A stretch of 64,000 nt of DNA from Halioglobus sp. (GCA_039979015.1 JBDWAD010000017.1:195237-259236); one strand, 5' to 3'. Shown: positions 11,807 to 22,709, counted from the first letter of the stretch. Notes: generated from the letters alone by a model not told the origin. Numbers and translations: made by a program.

Positions 11807-11831
11807 TTCAGCATTCGCCTGAGCACTAATG

Positions 11832-11858
11832 AAAAGCGGCCTTCGTGGCCGCTTTTTT
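11832..11858 (+). terminator. Rho-independent terminator of the rpsP operon
   Basis: AAAAGCGGCC-TTCGT-GGCCGCTTTTTT: a 10-bp stem, 5-nt loop and T-tract. Confidence 0.85.
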
Positions 11859-11958
11859 GTGCCTGCAACAAGAGATATGCGCAGGCTTTTGCTTACCCGC
11901 AGCTTGGTTTACCTGGCCCCGTTCCCACCTTGAGAGTTGATCGTGGTAATGTAGCAAA

Positions 11959-12864
11959 ATGAACTCAGAGCTTCTTTTACACCCCGAAATCGAACGCTAT
12001 ATCGACGCTATGTGGATGGAGAAGGGGCTGAGTGATAATACCTTGAGCTCCTATCGTCGCGACCTCAGGCAGTTCAATGATTGGCTGGTAAAACACAAAA
12101 AAAACACGGTTATTGGGACGGATAGGGCGGAGCTTCAGGCCTATCTTGGGGCGCGATTACAGCAGGGCCAGTCACAGCGCTCCACGGCCCGGTTTATGTC
12201 TTGCGCGCGAGGCTTTTATAAGTACCTGCTGCGGGAAGGTCGATTGACGGTCGACCCGACCCTGGATGTGGATAGTCCCAAGTTGGGCCGCCCGCTGCCT
12301 AAATCCCTCTCAGAGTCCGATGTTGATAAGCTGCTGGAGGCGCCAGACCTTGACGTTGCGCTGGAGTATCGAGACCGCACTATGCTGGAGATGCTCTATG
12401 CCTGTGGCCTGCGAGTGAGCGAGCTAACCGGATTGCAGGTCAATCAAATCAGTATCAACCAGGGCGTTGTCAGGGTGTTCGGGAAAGGCAGCAAAGAGCG
12501 TCTGGTACCTATGGGTGAAGAGGCGCTTGCGTGGTTGCAGGGTTATCTGGCGGGCCCTCGGACTGAACTACTCAAGGGAATTCCCTCGGATGTGGTTTTC
12601 CCCAGCAAAAGGGGGCGACAGATGACTCGCCAGACCTTCTGGTATCGTATTAAAATCTACGCTCAGCGCGCCGGCATTAAACAGAGCCTGTCTCCCCACA
12701 CGCTGCGCCACGCATTCGCCACCCATTTGCTCAATCATGGTGCGGACCTGCGCGTAGTGCAGATGTTGTTGGGGCACAGTGACCTGACGACCACTCAGAT
12801 ATACACCCATGTGGCGAAGCAGCGTATGCAGGAATTGCATGCGCAGCATCACCCCAGGGGATGA
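11959..12864 (+). CDS. xerD: Site-specific tyrosine recombinase XerD
   Basis: 301 aa. It has an N-terminal SAM-like domain (LSDNTLSSYRRDL) and catalytic residues in HTLRHAFATHLL and LGHSDLTTTQIYTHV. The xerD-dsbC-...-recJ synteny is present. Confidence 0.93.
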   Translation: MNSELLLHPEIERYIDAMWMEKGLSDNTLSSYRRDLRQFNDWLVKHKKNTVIGTDRAELQAYLGARLQQGQSQRSTARFMSCARGFYKYLLREGRLTVDPTLDVDSPKLGRPLPKSLSESDVDKLLEAPDLDVALEYRDRTMLEMLYACGLRVSELTGLQVNQISINQGVVRVFGKGSKERLVPMGEEALAWLQGYLAGPRTELLKGIPSDVVFPSKRGRQMTRQTFWYRIKIYAQRAGIKQSLSPHTLRHAFATHLLNHGADLRVVQMLLGHSDLTTTQIYTHVAKQRMQELHAQHHPRG

Positions 12865-12956
12865 GGAACTCTCGGCGAAAAAATCGCTCAAACCGGTGGT
12901 AGAAGAATTATTCGGCGTCAGGCGACGGGCCTGTCTCCCTTTTTTGAGGAAAAATC

Positions 12957-13706
12957 ATGGTATCTCGTTTCATTCAGTCTTTGATTGCGCTGCAGCTTTT
13001 AGCGCTGGCGTCCCTGGCCCAGGCGGGCGCTCCCGCTGACCCCGCCACTGTTGCGAAAGTTCGCGCAGCCCTGGACAGCCCGGCCATGGGTCTAAAGGTG
13101 GCCACGGTGGAAGCCAGCGAGGTGCCCGGGCTGCTGGAGGTCCAATTCGAGGCGGGGCCAATGGTCTATGCGACGCAGGATGGCAGTTACTTTATTCTCG
13201 GAGACTTGTTCCAGGTGAATGATGGACAGTTTGTTAACCTTGCCGAACAGCGCCGCGATGGCGAGCGACTGGCGAAACTGAATGCGCTGGACACCAAGGA
13301 TATGATTGTTTTTCCGGCTGAGGGTGAGACCCGGGCTCACATATCGGTATTTACCGACGTGACATGTTTTTACTGCCAGAAACTGCATAAAGAAGTCCCT
13401 GAGCTCAACAAGCGAGGCATTGAAGTGCGCTATCTCGCCTATCCTCGCTCTGGCATGGATACCCCGGGGTATCGTCAATTAGTGGGAGCCTGGTGTTCGG
13501 AAAACCCACAGGAAACGCTCACCAGCCTGAAAAATAAAGAGTCCGTGCCAGTCACCCAGTGTGATGACAACCCGGTGGCGGCTCAGTACCAACTGGGTCA
13601 GGAATTGGGTGTTCGCGGTACTCCTGCAATGATCACCGAGACCGGGCAGATGATTCCAGGTTATCAGAGTGCCGATCAGTTGATGGTGACTTTGGGCTTG
13701 AACTAA
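12957..13706 (+). CDS. dsbC: Thiol:disulfide interchange protein DsbC
   Basis: Signal peptide (...LALASLAQAGA), a dimerisation domain and a thioredoxin fold with active site CFYCQKLH. Confidence 0.9.
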   Translation: MVSRFIQSLIALQLLALASLAQAGAPADPATVAKVRAALDSPAMGLKVATVEASEVPGLLEVQFEAGPMVYATQDGSYFILGDLFQVNDGQFVNLAEQRRDGERLAKLNALDTKDMIVFPAEGETRAHISVFTDVTCFYCQKLHKEVPELNKRGIEVRYLAYPRSGMDTPGYRQLVGAWCSENPQETLTSLKNKESVPVTQCDDNPVAAQYQLGQELGVRGTPAMITETGQMIPGYQSADQLMVTLGLN

Positions 13707-13772
13707 AAGCGGTTTTGTCTCCGGATGCTCCAACCTGGGCAAGGTCTTTGAGGTTGTGGCATCTGCGCTGAA

Positions 13773-13791
13773 TCCCCGTCTATGGCGGGGA
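13773..13791 (+). terminator. Hairpin TCCCCG-TCTATGG-CGGGGA downstream of dsbC
   Basis: 6-bp GC stem read from the sequence with no T-tract. Weak terminator-like or REP-like element. Confidence 0.3.
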
Positions 13792-13857
13792 GTAAGGAGT
13801 TAGCCGAAAAAGCGACCCCAGTCACAGGTAAAATGCCATAGATAACACCCCCTCGCG

Positions 13858-13886
13858 TTGACATAAACTTGCTAAAACCTTACTGT
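13858..13886 (+). promoter_or_regulatory. Candidate sigma-70 promoter (TTGACA-17 nt-TACTGT) for the aminotransferase-hom-thrC unit
   Basis: Perfect -35 hexamer, 17-nt spacer and a TAnnnT -10, about 60 nt upstream of the GTG at 13946. Confidence 0.35.
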
Positions 13887-13945
13887 TTCTGCCCTTTTTC
13901 AGTTATCACTCCGGTCCTCTCGGGCCACTATTCAGAGTTATTACC

Positions 13946-15136
13946 GTGGACGAGCAATTTCGGCGAATATCGCGCCTTCCCCCCTATGTTTTCAACATTA
14001 TTGGCGAGTTGAAGCAGCAGGCGAGAGCGGCGGGCGAGGATATTATTGATTTTGGCATGGGCAATCCTGATCAGCCGACACCCGATCACATTGTCGATAA
14101 ATTGGTGGAGACTGCACAGCGGGGCGACACCCACCGCTACTCCCAGTCCAAGGGTATCCCAAGACTACGCAAGGCCATTTGTGATTGGTATCAGCGCCGT
14201 TATGACGTGACTCTCGATCCAGAAACAGAAGCGATTGTCACCCTGGGTTCCAAAGAAGGTCTGGCTCATCTGGCTCTTGCCACTACTGGCCCAGGCGATG
14301 CGATTCTGGTGCCAAATCCGTCCTATCCAATCCATCCGTATGGCTTCGTCATTTCGGGTGCAGATATTCGTCACGTTCCCATGGGCGCCAATGAGGAAGA
14401 GTTCTTCGACGAGTTGGAGAAGGCGATTCAAAACAGCTGGCCGCGACCTAAGATGCTGGTGCTGAATTTCCCATCTAATCCTACAGCCTATTGCGTCGAG
14501 CTCGAATTTTTCGAGCGGGTGGTCGCTATCGCGAAAGAGAACGAAATATGGGTCGTGCAGGACCTGGCGTATGCAGATCTGTGTTTCGATGGTTATGTCG
14601 CGCCCTCTATTTTGCAGGTCGAGGGGGCCATGGATGTTGCAGTAGAGTTCTATAGCATGTCCAAGAGTTATAATATGCCGGGTTGGCGAGTGGGTTTCTG
14701 CTGTGGCAACCAGGCGCTCGTGGGTGCTCTGGCGCGCATTAAATCTTATTTGGATTACGGTATGTTCACGCCGATTCAAGTAGCCGCGATTTCTGCGCTT
14801 GAAGGGGACCAGAGCTGTGTCAGTGAAATAAATGCCATGTACAAATCTCGCCGGGATGTTCTTTGCGCAGGCCTTACCGATGCCGGATGGCCTGTAGAAC
14901 CACCCAAGGCGACAATGTTTGTCTGGGCGAAAATTCCGCAATGCTATGCGGATATGAACTCGTTGGAATTCAGTAAAAAGTTGCTGAGTGAGGCCAAGGT
15001 AGCTGTGTCACCGGGGGTGGGTTTCGGTGAGTACGGCGAGGGTTACGTGCGGTTTGGTTTGATTGAAAACGAACACCGCACGCGGCAGGCGATTCGAAGT
15101 ATTCGCAAAATGATCAAGAGCGATGGTTTCGCTTAG
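13946..15136 (+). CDS. Class I/II pyridoxal-phosphate aminotransferase (AlaC-like alanine/glutamate-pyruvate aminotransferase)
   Basis: 396 aa, GTG start. ...[36 protein letters not shown]... and the PLP-lysine region [15 protein letters not shown] are present. It lies directly upstream of hom-thrC. Confidence 0.88.
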   Translation: MDEQFRRISRLPPYVFNIIGELKQQARAAGEDIIDFGMGNPDQPTPDHIVDKLVETAQRGDTHRYSQSKGIPRLRKAICDWYQRRYDVTLDPETEAIVTLGSKEGLAHLALATTGPGDAILVPNPSYPIHPYGFVISGADIRHVPMGANEEEFFDELEKAIQNSWPRPKMLVLNFPSNPTAYCVELEFFERVVAIAKENEIWVVQDLAYADLCFDGYVAPSILQVEGAMDVAVEFYSMSKSYNMPGWRVGFCCGNQALVGALARIKSYLDYGMFTPIQVAAISALEGDQSCVSEINAMYKSRRDVLCAGLTDAGWPVEPPKATMFVWAKIPQCYADMNSLEFSKKLLSEAKVAVSPGVGFGEYGEGYVRFGLIENEHRTRQAIRSIRKMIKSDGFA

Positions 15137-15172
15137 GCGCGGCCAAAGCTGCATCGGAGAAAGTAGTTACTA

Positions 15173-16486
15173 ATGAGCTCTAACGTTGTAAAAATAGGTA
15201 TTTGCGGTCTTGGCACCGTGGGCAGCGGCACCTTCAATGTGTTGAATCGCAATGCACAGCCGATTAGTGCTCGCGCCCAGTCACGATTGGAAGTCACTCA
15301 CGTGGGTGCCCGCCGAGACAACCCTGCCTGCGACCTGGGGGAGACCCGTGTGAGTCGGGATATCTTTGATGTGGCCAGAGATGCCGACGTACAGATATTG
15401 GTTGAGTTAATTGGTGGGACGACGGTGGCCAAGGAGCTTGTTGAAGAGGCCTTACGTAACGGCAAGCACGTGGTTACAGCGAATAAGGCGCTTATCGCCG
15501 AGTTTGGCAATGAGCTGTTCGCGCTGGCCGAGAAACACAACGCCGTTATTCGCTATGAGGCTGCGGTGGCTGGTGGCATCCCCATTATCAAAGCGCTGCG
15601 TGAAGGCCTGGCGGGTAATCGCATTGAATGGTTGGCGGGCATCATTAACGGCACGGGTAATTTTATTCTCAGCGAAATGCGTGAAAAAGGCCGTGATTTC
15701 GCGGATGTACTGCATGAAGCCCAGGAGCTTGGGTATGCAGAAGCCGATCCCACTTTCGACGTAGAGGGAATAGACGCAGCCCACAAGCTGGTTATTCTGG
15801 CGTCTTTGGCATTTGGAATGCCTTTGCAATTTAGCTCCGTTTACACAGAAGGGATTACCCGGCTTACGCCGCAGGATGTTGAATACGCAGAGGAGCTGGG
15901 TTACCGGATCAAGCATTTGGGCGTTGCCAAACAAAGCTCGGAAGGGGTCGAATTGAGGGTGCATCCAACCTTGATACCGGAAGCAAGATTGCTGGCCAAT
16001 GTTAATGGCGTCAAGAATGCGGTTTTAGTCGAAGGCGATGCGGTCGGTCCAACCCTTTATTACGGCGCCGGCGCTGGGGCAGAGCCTACAGCTTCGGCCG
16101 TCGTCGCTGATATTGTCGATCTGGCGCGGGAACTGTCTGCCGGTCAGACATGCCGTGTTCCAGCGTTGGGCTTCGCTGCCGCAGAGCTGAGAGACCTGCC
16201 CATTCTGCCAATGGAACAAGTGGTTACACCCTGGTATCTGCGCATTATTGCCGAGGACAAGCCCGGCGTACTGTCTTCGATAGCGACAATCTTCAGTGAT
16301 CAGGGCATCAGTATCGAAGCCCTGATCCAGAAGGCACCTGCTGAAGGTGAGACTCGTGTACCGCTGATCGTGCTGACCAATCGGGCGCCGCAGGGCAGCA
16401 TGGATACGGCGGTTGCCGCTATAGAAGCGCTGGAATCTATTTCCGGTGAAGTGGCACGCATTCGGGTAGAAGCACTGGACGGTTAG
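15173..16486 (+). CDS. hom: Homoserine dehydrogenase
   Basis: 437 aa with an N-terminal NAD-binding GICGLGTVGSG, a catalytic domain and a C-terminal ACT domain. It precedes thrC. Confidence 0.95.
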   Translation: MSSNVVKIGICGLGTVGSGTFNVLNRNAQPISARAQSRLEVTHVGARRDNPACDLGETRVSRDIFDVARDADVQILVELIGGTTVAKELVEEALRNGKHVVTANKALIAEFGNELFALAEKHNAVIRYEAAVAGGIPIIKALREGLAGNRIEWLAGIINGTGNFILSEMREKGRDFADVLHEAQELGYAEADPTFDVEGIDAAHKLVILASLAFGMPLQFSSVYTEGITRLTPQDVEYAEELGYRIKHLGVAKQSSEGVELRVHPTLIPEARLLANVNGVKNAVLVEGDAVGPTLYYGAGAGAEPTASAVVADIVDLARELSAGQTCRVPALGFAAAELRDLPILPMEQVVTPWYLRIIAEDKPGVLSSIATIFSDQGISIEALIQKAPAEGETRVPLIVLTNRAPQGSMDTAVAAIEALESISGEVARIRVEALDG

Positions 16487-16495
16487 GGTAAAAAA

Positions 16496-17893
16496 TTGAA
16501 ATACATCAGTACACGGGGCAAGGCTCCAGCACTTAACTTTGAAGAAGTCTTGCTGACAGGACTTGCCTCGGATGGAGGCCTGTACCTGCCGGAGTCTCTA
16601 CCTTCCTTTAGCCCTGACGAAATTGCCCGTATGGCTGAGTTGGACTATCCACAGCTGGCACAAAAGATTATCGCTCCCTTTGTGGGCGATTGTATTCCTG
16701 AAGGTGATCTTACTAAGATCCTGCAAGAGACCTATGCCGAGTTTCGCCATGGTGCTGTGGCTCCATTGGTGCAAATCGATAGCAATCAGTGGGTGCTGGA
16801 ACTGTTTCACGGACCGACGCTGGCGTTCAAGGACTTTGCCCTGCAGCTGTTGGGACGACTGCTTGATTATGTGTTGGAGCGTAAGCACCATAAAGTGGTG
16901 ATTATGGGTGCGACCTCAGGCGACACTGGCTCAGCTGCCATTGAGGGCTGTAAGCGCTGCAAAAATATCGACATTTTCATACTACACCCCCATGAACGTG
17001 TCTCTGATGTTCAGCGCAAGCAGATGACTACCGTGGTGGGTGACAATATTCATAATCTGGCCGTGCAGGGTAATTTTGACGATTGTCAGGCCATGGTTAA
17101 AGCCAGTTTTAACGACCGCAGTTTTCTGCCAGAAGACCGAAGCCTGGTCGCTGTCAATTCGATCAACTGGGCTCGCATCATGGCCCAGATCGTTTATTAC
17201 TTTTATGCAGCAGTCGCGCTGGGTGCCCCCGACAGGAAGGTTGCATTCTCGGTGCCTACGGGCAATTTTGGTGACATCTTTGCCGGTTATTTGGCGAGCC
17301 AAATGGGTTTGCCTGTTGAACGGCTTATCATCGCCACCAATCGCAACGATGTGCTGCATCGGGTGATGAGTAAAGGCAGCTATGGGCGACAGCCGCTGGA
17401 ACACTCCCTGTCGCCCAGCATGGACATCACTGTGTCCTCAAACTTCGAACGTCTACTGTTCGATTTGTACGAGCGCGACGGCGCCGCAATCGCCCAACTT
17501 ATGGCGGATTTTGACAACGGCGATGTGAACTTTTCAGAACAAGCGATGGCCACCGCCAGGGCCATGTTTTCCAGCCAATGTGTCGATGACTCAGAAACCT
17601 GCGAACAAATGGCCGCGACCTGGGAGAGCTGTGAATACATGTTGGACCCACATAGCGCGATTGGCGTGAGAGCGGCACTCGATGCTGATGTGCCGGCTGC
17701 CGTCCCCGTGGTCACTTTGGCGACCGCTCATCCGGCCAAGTTCCCAGACGCAGTGAAAGAGGCTGGGCTTGATGGCGAGCCGTTACTACCTCATCACCTG
17801 CGTGATTTGTTTGACCGCCCGGAGCGTTGTGAAGTGCTGTCTAATGAGTTGTCGGCGGTGCAGGCCTTCATGCTACAGAACATCAACGCCTGA
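16496..17893 (+). CDS. thrC: Threonine synthase
   Basis: 465 aa, TTG start. MKYISTRGKAPALNFEEVLLTGLASDGGLYLP and the PLP-lysine motif HGPTLAFKDFALQ are present. Confidence 0.95.
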   Translation: MKYISTRGKAPALNFEEVLLTGLASDGGLYLPESLPSFSPDEIARMAELDYPQLAQKIIAPFVGDCIPEGDLTKILQETYAEFRHGAVAPLVQIDSNQWVLELFHGPTLAFKDFALQLLGRLLDYVLERKHHKVVIMGATSGDTGSAAIEGCKRCKNIDIFILHPHERVSDVQRKQMTTVVGDNIHNLAVQGNFDDCQAMVKASFNDRSFLPEDRSLVAVNSINWARIMAQIVYYFYAAVALGAPDRKVAFSVPTGNFGDIFAGYLASQMGLPVERLIIATNRNDVLHRVMSKGSYGRQPLEHSLSPSMDITVSSNFERLLFDLYERDGAAIAQLMADFDNGDVNFSEQAMATARAMFSSQCVDDSETCEQMAATWESCEYMLDPHSAIGVRAALDADVPAAVPVVTLATAHPAKFPDAVKEAGLDGEPLLPHHLRDLFDRPERCEVLSNELSAVQAFMLQNINA

Positions 17894-17905
17894 TCCTGCG
17901 ATCAC

Positions 17906-19633
17906 GTGGATAAAGTCATTCGTCGACGTGAACCTGCCGCTAACCTGCACTGGGACAAGGCTGATGTGCACCCCCTGCTTGCCCGGGTATATTCGGGAAG
18001 GGGAGTGCAGTCCCCCGAGGACATAGAACTGGGGCTGGCACAACTGCTTCCTCCATCGCAACTGCTCAATGCAACGCGCGCAGCTCAAGTGCTTGCCGAC
18101 GCCATCGCAGAACAGAAAAGCATTCTTATCGTAGGTGATTATGACGCAGACGGTGCAACCAGCACTGCGCTTGCATTGGAGGCCCTGCGGTCATTTGGTG
18201 CACTCCGAGTCGATTACCTTGTGCCTAATCGTTTCGAGTACGGTTATGGTCTGACACGGGAAATTGTTGAGCTCGCAGTGGCGCAGGGTAAGCCAGACCT
18301 GATCATTACCGTAGATAACGGTATATCCAGTATTGATGGCGTGGCGGCAGCGCGGGAAGAGGGCATAGGTACGCTCATCACCGACCACCACCTTGCAGGC
18401 CGTCAGCTCCCCGCAGCAGATGTCATCGTCAACCCAAACCAGCCCGGATGTGCATTCCCCAGTAAAAACCTCGCGGGGGTGGGGGTCATTTTCTACATCA
18501 TGCTGGCATTGCGGGCAGAACTGCGAAGTCGGGATTGGTTTGCGGACAAAGTAGAGCCCAATCTTGGTCGACTCACTGATTTGGTGGCTCTGGGGACGGT
18601 CGCCGATGTTGTGCCCTTGGACCGCAATAATCGAATTCTGGTGGCTGCGGGGCTGCAGCGGATCCGCGCTGGACAGGCACGACCTGGCATACTCGCTCTG
18701 CTTGAGGTCGCATCCCGTCCCCTGCATGGCGTGGTTGCATCAGATCTGGGTTTTGCGGTGGGTCCTCGAATTAACGCTGCAGGCAGGCTGGACGATATTT
18801 CTGTGGGCATTGAGTGCTTGCTGCAACCGGACCAGTCTGGTGCAAGGCAACTGGCCGCAGAGTTGCACCAGAAGAATCAGGACCGCCGTCAAATTGAACA
18901 GGGTATGCAGGATCAAGCGCTTAAGTTGCTGGAAGCATTGGCGCTGGACGAAGAGGGCGTGCCGGTGGCAATGACACTTTACCAGGGCGACTGGCATCAG
19001 GGCGTGATCGGTATTCTCGCCTCTCGTATCAAGGACAGGTTGCACCGGCCGACAATCGCCTTTGCCGATGGAGATGAGGGTGAAATCAAAGGCTCCGCAC
19101 GGTCCATCAATGGTATCCATATTCGCGACATACTCGATGCTGTGGCTACCCGCCACCCGGGTATGATTCTCAAATTTGGCGGCCACTCAATGGCAGCGGG
19201 GCTGACCGTCCCCAAGGATCTCTATCAGGATTTCAGCGCGGCGTTTGTCGCCGAAGTGGAGCGGCACGCCGACGAGGTCGAACTGCAAGCCGTGGTGGAA
19301 TCAGATGGAGAACTGACTACGGAAGATTTTTCATTGGACCTTGCCAGCGAATTACGATTCGCGGGACCCTGGGGACAGCACTTTCCCGAGCCGTTGTTCG
19401 ATGGTCATTTTAATATCGTTCACCAGCGACTGGTGGGCGAAAAGCATCTTAAGCTGGTGTTGTCGCCCTTGAACAGTCAACAAATCATTGATGCGATAGC
19501 GTTTAACGTAGACCTTGAAGCCTGGCCTGATGAGTCGGTGGTTCAGGTGGAAGTGGCTTATCGATTGGACGTCAACGAGTTTAGAGGTAAGCGCAGTGTG
19601 CAGTTAATGGTCGAGTATTTGCAGGCGCTATAG
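17906..19633 (+). CDS. recJ: Single-stranded-DNA-specific exonuclease RecJ
   Basis: 575 aa, GTG start, with DHH motifs (IVGDYDADGATS, ITVDNG, ITDHH) and a DHHA1 domain (GGHSMAAG). Confidence 0.95.
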   Translation: MDKVIRRREPAANLHWDKADVHPLLARVYSGRGVQSPEDIELGLAQLLPPSQLLNATRAAQVLADAIAEQKSILIVGDYDADGATSTALALEALRSFGALRVDYLVPNRFEYGYGLTREIVELAVAQGKPDLIITVDNGISSIDGVAAAREEGIGTLITDHHLAGRQLPAADVIVNPNQPGCAFPSKNLAGVGVIFYIMLALRAELRSRDWFADKVEPNLGRLTDLVALGTVADVVPLDRNNRILVAAGLQRIRAGQARPGILALLEVASRPLHGVVASDLGFAVGPRINAAGRLDDISVGIECLLQPDQSGARQLAAELHQKNQDRRQIEQGMQDQALKLLEALALDEEGVPVAMTLYQGDWHQGVIGILASRIKDRLHRPTIAFADGDEGEIKGSARSINGIHIRDILDAVATRHPGMILKFGGHSMAAGLTVPKDLYQDFSAAFVAEVERHADEVELQAVVESDGELTTEDFSLDLASELRFAGPWGQHFPEPLFDGHFNIVHQRLVGEKHLKLVLSPLNSQQIIDAIAFNVDLEAWPDESVVQVEVAYRLDVNEFRGKRSVQLMVEYLQAL

Positions 19634-19733
19634 GTTAAGGTTTTGCTGGATCCCGGGACGTCGCCTGCGCGGGTGTGACGGCCACTGACGAATCGAACCA
19701 GCGCTAGTGGGGATAGGAAGATATCACAGGGCT

Positions 19734-19753
19734 ATTCCCGCGCATGCGGGAAT
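19734..19753. terminator. Hairpin ATTCCCGC-GCAT-GCGGGAAT between convergent recJ and the aminotransferase gene
   Basis: 8-bp stem with a 4-nt loop and no flanking T/A tracts. It may be a bidirectional terminator or a REP-like element. Confidence 0.4.
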
Positions 19754-19793
19754 CCAGTCTGGTCCGGCCTGAGATTCTTCCCAAATTACTTCC

Positions 19794-21107
19794 TCAGATC
19801 ATCTGCTCAAGTGACAGCTTTAGCTTATCTACCATCTCATCAATCTGTTCACGGTTGATGATTAGTGGCGGACAAACTGCGAGAGCATTACCGGCCACGT
19901 TGCGAACGATAAGGCCGTTCTCTTGAGCAGCCAGGGTCACCTTTTTCGCGAGCGCTGCGTCCGGTGCCTTACTCGCACGGCTCTCCACCAGTTCAATAGC
20001 GCCTAGCAGGCCCGCCCCGCGCACTTCACCCACCTGCTCATACTCCATAAACTCGGTAAGCCGAGACTGCAAATATTCTCCCTGTAATGCGGCGTTGGCA
20101 TAAATGCCATCGCGCTCATAAATTTCCAGTGTTTTTAGCGCTGAGGCGCAGGCTACGGGATGACCCGAGTAAGTGTAACCATGGCCGAAGACGCCGACTT
20201 CTTCACTCGCCGCAACCATGGGTTCATACATCTCGCCGCTAATGACCGAAGCACTAATCGGGTAGTAGGCAGAAGACAATTGCTTGGCAAAAGTCATCAT
20301 TGACGGCTGCTGGATATTGACTGTCTCGCAGCCAAACAGCTTGCCGGTGCGGCCAAAGCCGGTGATTACCTCATCGGCCCAGAACAGAATGTCGTATTTT
20401 TCCAGAATCGCCTGCACTTTTTCGTAATAACCCCGTGGCGGGACCAACACGCCGCTGGCGCCGGTAATGGGTTCAGCGATAAATGCGGCAATGGTTTCCG
20501 GGCCTTCTTGCAGAATAAGTTGCTCCAAATTATGAGTGATGCGGTCAACGAACTCAGCTTCGCTTTCGTCACCCTGGGCGCCACTGTAATAGTGGGGGTG
20601 GTCAGTTCGCAAAATACCGAGCGCCTCTAATGGTGCATCAAAGTGAGCGAGATTTGCGGGCAGGCTGGTGAGTGACCCAGCCGCTACGGTTACCCCATGA
20701 TAGGCACGCTCACGGGTAATGATTTTTCGCTTTTGGGGTGTGCCGATAGCGTTAAAATAGTAGCGCAGCATTTTGATATGGCTGTCATTGGCATCGGAGC
20801 CTGAATTACCAAAAAACACCATTGCATCCTTCACCGGCACCATGTCGGCAAGCTTATTGCCCAGGTCAATGACGGGCTGGTGTGTTTTGCCTCCGAAAGT
20901 ATGGGAAAAAGACAGTTTTCCCAACTGCTCGCTAATTGCGTCTATCAATTCGCGGTTGCCATACCCCAGGCCAGTGCACCAGAGGCCAGCCATCCCCTCA
21001 AGGTACTGCTTGCCATTTTGGTCGTAGACGTAAACGCCTTCACCGCGTTCGAATTTAAGCTGTTCGGTAGCGCCCAGGTTTGTAGTGGGGTAAATAACTG
21101 CTGACAT
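19794..21107 (-). CDS. Class III (omega) aminotransferase, beta-alanine/putrescine/GABA-pyruvate transaminase-like
   Basis: ~437 aa from MSAVIYPTTN, with AAGGAA 6-7 nt upstream of the ATG at 21107. The ORF-track start at 21155 would overlap the gabD stop. Typical class III motifs include ...FIAEPITGASGVLVPP..., the DEVITGFGRTG Asp region and a later TFAKQLSSAY region (PLP-lysine region). Confidence 0.88.
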   Translation of the reverse strand: MSAVIYPTTNLGATEQLKFERGEGVYVYDQNGKQYLEGMAGLWCTGLGYGNRELIDAISEQLGKLSFSHTFGGKTHQPVIDLGNKLADMVPVKDAMVFFGNSGSDANDSHIKMLRYYFNAIGTPQKRKIITRERAYHGVTVAAGSLTSLPANLAHFDAPLEALGILRTDHPHYYSGAQGDESEAEFVDRITHNLEQLILQEGPETIAAFIAEPITGASGVLVPPRGYYEKVQAILEKYDILFWADEVITGFGRTGKLFGCETVNIQQPSMMTFAKQLSSAYYPISASVISGEMYEPMVAASEEVGVFGHGYTYSGHPVACASALKTLEIYERDGIYANAALQGEYLQSRLTEFMEYEQVGEVRGAGLLGAIELVESRASKAPDAALAKKVTLAAQENGLIVRNVAGNALAVCPPLIINREQIDEMVDKLKLSLEQMI

Positions 21108-21127
21108 GTTAATTTCCTTTTTCTGGT

Positions 21128-22597
21128 TTAAGCCTGAGAGATGTTGCCCATACAAATGTATTTGACCTCTACGTAGTCGTCGATTCCGTAACTGGAACCT
21201 TCCCTCCCAAGACCGGATTCCTTAACTCCGCCGAAGGGTATAAGTTCCGAGGTGATTGCCACTTCATTGACGCCTACCATGCCGTATTCTATGGCTTCGC
21301 TGACACGCCAAACCCGGCCCAGGTCATTAGTATAGAGGTAGGCAGCCAAGCCGTACTCGGTATCATTCGCCATAGTGATTGCTTCTGCTTCGTCGGTAAA
21401 GCGTATAACTGGAGCCACGGGGCCAAAAATTTCTTCGCGAAAAACACGCATATCTGCAGTAACGTCAGCCAGCACGGTCGGCTGGTAGAAATTGGGCCCA
21501 AGCTTTGGCAATGCGCACCCGCCCAGAGTGATGCGGGCACCATCGGCAATTGCGTCTTGCACCATTGTATCTACCTTGGACAAGGCTTTGGGTTCAATCA
21601 GTGGCCCAACGGCGTTGCTCTCGTCCATCCCGTCGCCCACGTTTAGCTTAGCCACCTCCTTGGTCAGTTTTTCAACGAAGGCATCGTAGATAGAGTCTTG
21701 TACCAGCAGGCGGTTAGCGCAAACGCAGGTCTGCCCCGCGTTTCGGTACTTGGTGCCGATCGCCCCTTGCACTGCCGCATCCAAGTCGGAATCATCGAAA
21801 ATAATGACGGGTGCATTGCCCCCTAATTCCATGGAGACTTTTTTTACTGTGGCAGCACTCTGAGCCAGCAGATGCTTGCCTACGGGGGTGGACCCAGTGA
21901 ATGTCAGTTTGCGGACCACTTTACTTGCAGTCAGTGCATCGCCAATCGCCGGGGCATCGGTGCCGGTGACGACGTTAAATACGCCACTTGGAACACCCGC
22001 CCGGTCGGCCAATTCTGCGAGGGCCAGGGCTGATAGCGGAGTCTCTGCGGCGGGTTTGAGTATCACGCTACAACCAGCCGCAAGGGCCGGACCCGCTTTG
22101 CGAGTAATCATCGCGCTGGGAAAATTCCAGGGAGTGATCGCTGCAACAACACCGACAGGTTGCTTGATCACAATTGAACGCCGATCCGCTGGGCCAGGAA
22201 TAACGTCGCCGTAGATTCGTTTTGCCTCTTCGGCAAACCATTCCACAAAGGAGGCGGCATAAGCAATCTCGAGGCGTGATTCAGACATCACCTTGCCTTG
22301 CTCAGCGGTCATCAGGCGAGCGAGATCTTCCTGGTTGGCCATAATCAGCTCGAACCAACGGCGCAGAACGTTGCTGCGTTCTTTTGCTGTCCGCTGCTGC
22401 CAGTTGATCATGGCCTGCTCGGCAGCGGCTATCGCCTCGGTGGTTTCCAAAGCGCCCAGGTCGGCCACTTCAGCGACGGCTTCGCCGGAGGAGGGGTTAA
22501 TCACGCTAAAGGTGGCCCCATTGGCAGAGCTGCGCCATGTGCCATCGATATAGGCCATGCTTTTAAGCAGGCTGGGGTCACTGAGTTGCAGGTGCAT
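21128..22597 (-). CDS. gabD: NAD(P)-dependent succinate-semialdehyde dehydrogenase
   Basis: 489 aa. The N-terminus aligns with E. coli GabD (…YIDGTWRSSANGATFSVINPSSGE…). ALDH Glu/Cys motifs are present (MELGGNAP; FRNAGQTCVCANR-like KYRNAGQTCVCANR). Confidence 0.88.
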   Translation of the reverse strand: MHLQLSDPSLLKSMAYIDGTWRSSANGATFSVINPSSGEAVAEVADLGALETTEAIAAAEQAMINWQQRTAKERSNVLRRWFELIMANQEDLARLMTAEQGKVMSESRLEIAYAASFVEWFAEEAKRIYGDVIPGPADRRSIVIKQPVGVVAAITPWNFPSAMITRKAGPALAAGCSVILKPAAETPLSALALAELADRAGVPSGVFNVVTGTDAPAIGDALTASKVVRKLTFTGSTPVGKHLLAQSAATVKKVSMELGGNAPVIIFDDSDLDAAVQGAIGTKYRNAGQTCVCANRLLVQDSIYDAFVEKLTKEVAKLNVGDGMDESNAVGPLIEPKALSKVDTMVQDAIADGARITLGGCALPKLGPNFYQPTVLADVTADMRVFREEIFGPVAPVIRFTDEAEAITMANDTEYGLAAYLYTNDLGRVWRVSEAIEYGMVGVNEVAITSELIPFGGVKESGLGREGSSYGIDDYVEVKYICMGNISQA

Positions 22598-22709
22598 TGG
22601 TGTTTTCCGGTTGTAAGGTCTGTGGTGGGTAGTTTATGTGTTGTATTTATCACTACAATCGATATATTTTCACCTTCATGTTGATTATATGTCACCAAAA
22701 GAGGCGATG

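Noticed and set aside
11959-12864. Tyrosine recombinase as a possible marker of an integrated element.
   Set aside because: The sequence and the xerD-dsbC-...-recJ synteny identify it as the chromosomal dimer-resolution recombinase XerD, not an island integrase.
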